DNA from: Agrococcus sp.
GTDB lineage: Bacteria; Actinomycetota; Actinomycetes; Actinomycetales; Microbacteriaceae
Direction: 5' to 3'
Assembly: GCA_035704865.1 (NCBI GenBank)
Contig: DASSWM010000218.1
Coordinates: forward strand, 32-64,031
Length of the DNA: 64,000 nucleotides
Shown: positions 58,142 through 64,000 of the stretch, piece by piece
Position numbering within the stretch: the first letter of the stretch is position 1
Layout of the letters: every line of letters begins with the position of its first letter
Made by a program: the position numbers and the translations under genes
Notes under the pieces: model-generated
The model's input: the letters and a program-made list of their open reading frames with translations, nothing else
Databases searched by the model: none
What the model was told of the DNA's origin: nothing

Positions 58142-58891
58142 ATGCACACGTCCACCCCCACCCGCACTCGCCGCGCGCTCGCCGGCACCGCCACCGGCCT
58201 CGCCGTCGCGGCCTTCGTGCTCGTCGCGCCCGTCGCGGCGAGCGCCCACGTGCACGTCACCCCGTCGAGCACCGAGCCCGGCGCCACGGCGCAGCTCGAC
58301 TTCACGTTCAGCCACGGCTGCGACGGCTCGCCCACGACTGCCGTCGAGGTCGCGGTGCCCGACGAGATCTCCTCCGTCGCGCTCATCGCGAACCCCGGCT
58401 GGGATGTCGCCGCCGAGGCCGTCGACGGCGCCCGCACCGTCGTCTTCACCGCCGACGAGCCGATGCCCGACGGCGTGCGCGAGACGCTCGAGCTCGAGGT
58501 GACGCTGCCCGAGGGCGCCGCCGACGGCACCGTGCTCGCCTTCCCGACGCTGCAGGCGTGCGAGACGGGCGAGACGCTGTGGGGCGACGAGGACCCCGAG
58601 TCGGAGACGCCCGCGCCGACCATCACGATCGGCGAGACCGCGGATGCGCACGGTCACGGCGCCGAGGCCGGGGCCGACGAGGCGGACGCGGGCGCGGCCG
58701 CCGGGCACGACGCTGACGCGGAGGGCGAGGCCGCAGCCGGAGCGGGCGCCGAGCAGGGCGCCGAGGCAGCGGTCGGGCAGGCGGCGCCGTCGTCGTCGAT
58801 GGCCATGCCGCTCGCGATCACGGCGCTCGTCATCGCCGTCGCGTCGGCGGTGCTCGCCGCGATCGCGGTCTTCCGCCGCCGCGAGAGCTGA
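58142..58891 (+). CDS. YcnI (DUF1775) family copper-binding membrane protein
   Basis: Signal peptide ending ASA then HVHV, 'HGC', 'PGW', 'FPTLQAC..G...W', 'PAPTITI'; C-terminal TM plus RRR; AGGAG RBS. Confidence 0.88.
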   Translation: MHTSTPTRTRRALAGTATGLAVAAFVLVAPVAASAHVHVTPSSTEPGATAQLDFTFSHGCDGSPTTAVEVAVPDEISSVALIANPGWDVAAEAVDGARTVVFTADEPMPDGVRETLELEVTLPEGAADGTVLAFPTLQACETGETLWGDEDPESETPAPTITIGETADAHGHGAEAGADEADAGAAAGHDADAEGEAAAGAGAEQGAEAAVGQAAPSSSMAMPLAITALVIAVASAVLAAIAVFRRRES

Positions 58892-58907
58892 CCCACCTCC
58901 AGCACGA

Positions 58908-58941
58908 CGCAAGCCCGCCGGAGCGATCCGGCGGGCTTGCG
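58908..58941. terminator. Bidirectional hairpin
   Basis: cgcaagcccgccgga-gcga-tccggcgggcttgcg, 15-bp stem with GNRA loop. Confidence 0.8.
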
Positions 58942-59001
58942 GGCCGGTTCGCCGCGTGACCCGCTGGAGCCGGCGAGCGGGCGTGCGTCGTGCCGACCGG
59001 G

Positions 59002-59673
59002 CTACCGGGTCGCCGCGGCGCCGCCCGACTCGCGATGGCGCAGCCTGCCGACGCCGGCGACGACGAAGATCCCGATCAGGAACGCGATGAGCACCTGGCC
59101 GGTGGGCCACACGAGCCCCGCCCAGCCGCCGTGCTCGCCCGGGTCGAGGAACGGGTACGGGAACCAGCCGTCGACGAGCCCGCCGCGCAGCCACGAGAAG
59201 ACGAGGAACGCGAGCGGGTAGAGCATCCACCACGCTCCGCGCGCGAAGCGGATGCGCCGCGCCGTCGGCACCAGCAGCCAGTCGAGCGCCACGAGCCACG
59301 GGATGATGCGGTGCTGGGCGGCGTTCGTGTACTCGATCGACCACGACCACACCTCGTCTGGCTCCGCCAGCAGCACGGCGTAGACGAGCCCCGTGAGCAC
59401 GATGTAGGCGGTGATCGCGCCGCGCACGTGGTCGAACCAGGCGGGCCTGCGCGCCTGCGGTACCCACAGCATCCACACCATCACGACGATCACGAGGATG
59501 TTCGCCTGCACGGTGAAGTAGGCGAAGTGCTCGCTCGCCCGCTCGCCCGAGGCGAGCATGTTCTTGATGTTCCACGCCTCGGCGAGCACCGCCATGAGCA
59601 CGATGACGATGCGCCAGGCGACCACGGGCGTCGCTCGGTCGTGGAAGGGCCAGGGTCGTCGCACGACGCCCAT
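59002..59673 (-). CDS. Pr6Pr family (FAR-17a/AIG1-like) membrane protein
   Basis: 'YFTVQAN', 'TGLVYAVLL', 'H.IIP....DW', 'WFPYPFLDP'. Confidence 0.82.
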   Translation of the reverse strand: MGVVRRPWPFHDRATPVVAWRIVIVLMAVLAEAWNIKNMLASGERASEHFAYFTVQANILVIVVMVWMLWVPQARRPAWFDHVRGAITAYIVLTGLVYAVLLAEPDEVWSWSIEYTNAAQHRIIPWLVALDWLLVPTARRIRFARGAWWMLYPLAFLVFSWLRGGLVDGWFPYPFLDPGEHGGWAGLVWPTGQVLIAFLIGIFVVAGVGRLRHRESGGAAATR

Positions 59674-59744
59674 CGTGCCAGGCGGATGCGTCCACGGGCC
59701 CCCGCGCGCACGGCGCGCTCGCGGCGTGCGGGAGAATGGGCGGC

Positions 59745-60986
59745 ATGGCAACCCAGGTGCACCCGCCGCGCGGCATGCGCGACTTCCTGCCGGTCGACAA
59801 GCGCGCTCGGGAGCGCGTGCTCCGCATCATCAGGGGCGCGTACGAGCACCACGGCTTCGAGGAGATCGAGACGCCGGTCATGGAGGACGCCGCGCGCCTG
59901 CACGCGGGCCTCGGCGGCGACAACGAGAAGCTCGCCTTCGCCGTCATGCGCCGCGGCCTCACGGTCGACGACCTGCAGGCGGCCGAGGCGCCGCTCGAGC
60001 TCGCCGACCTCGGCCTGCGGTTCGACCTCACGGTGCCGCTCGCGCGCTTCATCGCCACGCACCGCGCGTCGCTGCCGCCGGTCTTCCGCGCGATCCAGAT
60101 CGCGCCCGTGTGGCGCGCCGAGCGCCCGCAGCGCGGCCGCTACCGGCAGTTCATGCAGTGCGACATCGACATCGCCGGCGACGCCGGCATCGGCGCGGAG
60201 CTCGAGCTGCTCGCGGCGACGGGGGATGCGCTCACCCGGCTCGGCATCCCCGACGCGTTCATCCGCATCAACGACCGGCGCATCCTCTTCGCCGCGCTCG
60301 AGCACGCGGGCGTCCCGGCGGAGCAGCACGAGGCCGCGCTCATCACGGTCGACAAGCTCGACAAGATCGGCCGCGAGGGCGTCGCCGAGGAGCTCGGCGG
60401 CCGCGGCGTCGACGGCGCGCGGCTGCTCGCGACGCTCGACGGCATCAGCGGGCTCGTCGATGCGACGCCCGCTGCGATCCCGCTCGAGGGCTTCGACGCC
60501 GCCGTGCTCGAGCCCGTGCGCGAGCTGCTCGCCGCGAGCGTCGGCATCCGGCTCGAGTTCGACCCCACGCTCGTGCGCGGCATGGGCTACTACACCGGCC
60601 CCATCTTCGAGATCGCCCACCCCGAGCTGCCCTTCTCGATCGGCGGCGGCGGCCGCTACGACGGCATGATCGGCCGCTTCCTCGGCCAGGAGATGCCCGC
60701 GGTCGGCATCTCGCTCGGCTTCGAGCGGCTCGTCGACCTCGTCGAGCTGCCGGCCGAGGCGGGCGGCGAGACGGTGGCGCTGCTGCTCGACAAGGCGGTG
60801 GACCCGGCGGATGCGCTGGCCGTCAAGCGCGAGCTGGTGGCGGCCGGGCAGACGGTGCGGATGCAGCGCCGCACGAAGAACGTGACGGGCCTGCTCGAGC
60901 AGCTCGCCGCATCCGGAGCCACGCACTTCGCGTTCGTCCGCCCCGGCGACACCGCGGCCTCGCTCGAGCTCAAGCCCATCGCCTGA
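59745..60986 (+). CDS. hisS: Histidine--tRNA ligase
   Basis: 'RGMRDFLP', 'LRFDLTVP', 'RAERPQRGRYRQF.QCD', 'RGMGYYTG', 'GGGRYD', 'GFERL'. Confidence 0.93.
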   Translation: MATQVHPPRGMRDFLPVDKRARERVLRIIRGAYEHHGFEEIETPVMEDAARLHAGLGGDNEKLAFAVMRRGLTVDDLQAAEAPLELADLGLRFDLTVPLARFIATHRASLPPVFRAIQIAPVWRAERPQRGRYRQFMQCDIDIAGDAGIGAELELLAATGDALTRLGIPDAFIRINDRRILFAALEHAGVPAEQHEAALITVDKLDKIGREGVAEELGGRGVDGARLLATLDGISGLVDATPAAIPLEGFDAAVLEPVRELLAASVGIRLEFDPTLVRGMGYYTGPIFEIAHPELPFSIGGGGRYDGMIGRFLGQEMPAVGISLGFERLVDLVELPAEAGGETVALLLDKAVDPADALAVKRELVAAGQTVRMQRRTKNVTGLLEQLAASGATHFAFVRPGDTAASLELKPIA

Positions 60987-61028
60987 CCGCCGCGACCGGT
61001 CGGCGCGTGCGGATGCGCTGAGGGCTAG

Positions 61029-62348
<1,320 letters not shown>

Positions 62349-62418
62349 CGCGCGCGGGTTCCGCAGCGCGCAGGCGGTTCGGCCGCGACAGGAGGGCACT
62401 CGCCGGTATTCTCGGCGG

Positions 62419-62871
62419 GTGCCCTCCTCGTCTGACGTCGCCCTCGGGCAGCTGCGCGTGTCGTGGCTGCTGCTCGTGGTCGTCGGCCTCGTGGCGGCGG
62501 GCTTCGTCGTGCTCGCGCCGACCGTCGGGCTGCTGCTCGAGCAGCGCCGCGACATCGCTGCGCTCGAGGCGCAGGTGGCCGCGCAGGAGGCCAACGTCGA
62601 GGCGCTCTCCGCCGAGGCCGCCCGCTGGGACGACCCCGCCTACATCGAGGCGCAGGCGCGCGACCGGCTCTTCTTCGTCTACCCGGGCGAGACGAGCTTC
62701 GTCGTGCTCGACGACCGCTCGGCGCTCGAGACGGCCTCGGCCGACGTGCCCTCCGCGACGCTCGAGGCGCCCGCGAGCGACTGGGCGTCCGCGGCCGCGG
62801 GCTCGTTCCTGCTCGCCGGCCTGACGACGCAGGCGCCCACGTCGCTCGCCCCCGTGCCGGAGCCGCAGTGA
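62419..62871 (+). CDS. FtsB/DivIC septum formation initiator family protein
   Basis: TM plus coiled coil plus 'WDDPAYIEAQARDRL...PGE'; follows eno; start uncertain. Confidence 0.85.
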   Translation: MPSSSDVALGQLRVSWLLLVVVGLVAAGFVVLAPTVGLLLEQRRDIAALEAQVAAQEANVEALSAEAARWDDPAYIEAQARDRLFFVYPGETSFVVLDDRSALETASADVPSATLEAPASDWASAAAGSFLLAGLTTQAPTSLAPVPEPQ

Positions 62872-63389
62872 TCGACGCCGCGACCGAGCGCGACCTCGAG
62901 ATCATGGCGCTGCAGCTGGGCCGCACGATGCGGGGCGTGCTGGGCGTCGGCGCGCGCTGCGCGTGCGGCGCGCCGACCGTGGTCGTCACGAGCCCCCGGC
63001 TGCCCGACGGCACCCCCTTCCCGACCTTCTACTACCTCACCCATCCCGCGGCCACCGCATCCGCCTCGCGCCTCGAGGCCGACGGCACGATGGCCGAGCT
63101 GCAGCTGCGGCTCGAGGAGCCGGAGATGGCGGATGCGTATGCCGCGGCCCATGCGGCGTACCTCGCGGACCGCGAGGCGCACGGGCACGTCGAGGAGATC
63201 GCCGGCATCAGCGCGGGCGGCATGCCGACGCGCGTCAAGTGCCTGCACGCCGTGCTCGCGCACGCGCTCGCGGCGGGGGAGGGCGTCAACCCCATCGGCG
63301 ACCTGACGCTCGAGCTCGGCGAGTGGTCGCCGACGGTCTGCGCGTGCGCGCCCGATGCCCGCGGGCAGGCTGGGATCGCGACGCCGTAG
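62868..63389 (+). CDS. DUF501 family protein
   Basis: 'QLGR', 'PRLPDGTPFPTFYYLT', 'GGMPTRVKCLH', 'NPIG'. Confidence 0.9.
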   Translation: MIDAATERDLEIMALQLGRTMRGVLGVGARCACGAPTVVVTSPRLPDGTPFPTFYYLTHPAATASASRLEADGTMAELQLRLEEPEMADAYAAAHAAYLADREAHGHVEEIAGISAGGMPTRVKCLHAVLAHALAAGEGVNPIGDLTLELGEWSPTVCACAPDARGQAGIATP

Positions 63390-63464
63390 GCCGCGTCCGG
63401 GGCATCCAGGGCCGCGTTAGACTGGACGCACATCCTCATCTGATAGCTGGGAAGAAGTGCGTCT

Positions 63465-64000
63465 GTGAACAAGATCCTGATCGTCGGGGGCGGCTACGCC
63501 GGCCTGTACACCGCGCGGGGGCTCGAGCGACAGCTGGGCGACTCCGAGGCGGAGATCACCATCGTCGATCCGCTGCCCTACATGACCTACCTCCCCTTCC
63601 TGCCGGAGGTCGCGGCCGGCTCGATCGAGCCCCGCCACATCGTCGTGCCGCTGCGCCGCCACCTGAGCCGCACGCGCGTCGTCCAGGCGAAGGTCACGAA
63701 CATCGACCACGCGTCGAAGGTCGCGACGATCAAGCCCGAGCTGGGCGAGGAGTCGGCGCTCGACTACGACGTGCTCGTGATGACCGCGGGCTCCGTCTCG
63801 CGCACCTTCCCGATCCCGGGCGTCGCCGACGAGGCGATCGGCATGAAGACGATCGAGGAGGCCGCCGCCGTGCGCGACCGCCTCATCTCGAACTTCGCGA
63901 AGGCCGCGGCGCTGCCCGAGGGCCCCGAGCGCGACCGCCTGCTGACCGTCACGGTCGTCGGCGGCGGCTTCGCCGGCATCGAGACGATCGCCGAGCTGCG
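63465..64000 (+). CDS. Type II NADH dehydrogenase-like FAD oxidoreductase (runs off the window end)
   Basis: GTG-NKILIVGGGYAG, 'YLPFLPEVAAG', 'VVGGGFAGIE'; TAGACT -10 at 63418; absent from the ORF track because it is truncated. Confidence 0.88.
   Translation, partial: MNKILIVGGGYAGLYTARGLERQLGDSEAEITIVDPLPYMTYLPFLPEVAAGSIEPRHIVVPLRRHLSRTRVVQAKVTNIDHASKVATIKPELGEESALDYDVLVMTAGSVSRTFPIPGVADEAIGMKTIEEAAAVRDRLISNFAKAAALPEGPERDRLLTVTVVGGGFAGIETIAEL

Noticed and set aside
59745-60986. HisZ rather than HisS
   Set aside because: Retains RPQRGRYRQF, GGGRYD and a C-terminal anticodon-binding-like domain, and is not beside hisG

Overview
High-GC actinobacterial chromosomal segment. Gene content and order suggest Microbacteriaceae (Agrococcus/Microbacterium-like; inference). 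Left to right: (1) a cell-wall polysaccharide locus (GT2 with coiled-coil tail, RgpF-like rhamnan protein, two AT3 acyltransferases, AlgJ/AlgX-like SGNH protein, Wzm/Wzt, a large secreted repeat protein, Tll-like reductase, Ppm1); (2) the conserved manA-whiB-GT2-DUF5719-DUF3499-manB-rmlB-rmlCD-ahcY block; (3) a compositionally foreign S1-protease gene bracketed by an intact marR and a decayed copy of the marR 3' end, then tRNA-Gln(TTG); (4) glmU-prs, several transporters, gnd and an IclR-linked idonate/ketogluconate/gluconate cluster; (5) rplY-pth-mfd-mazG, a His-rich membrane ORF ending in RRGPP directly upstream of a YcnI-type copper protein, then hisS-eno-ftsB-DUF501-ndh. No integrase, transposase or cas gene is visible. 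The most notable observations are a candidate metal-responsive RGPP arrest-peptide/YcnI module, a window-wide GCATCC/GGATGC motif that appears to override codon preference, the marR 3'-end duplication scar, and a candidate L25 leader RNA. All product calls come from motif recognition by eye; no database search was run.
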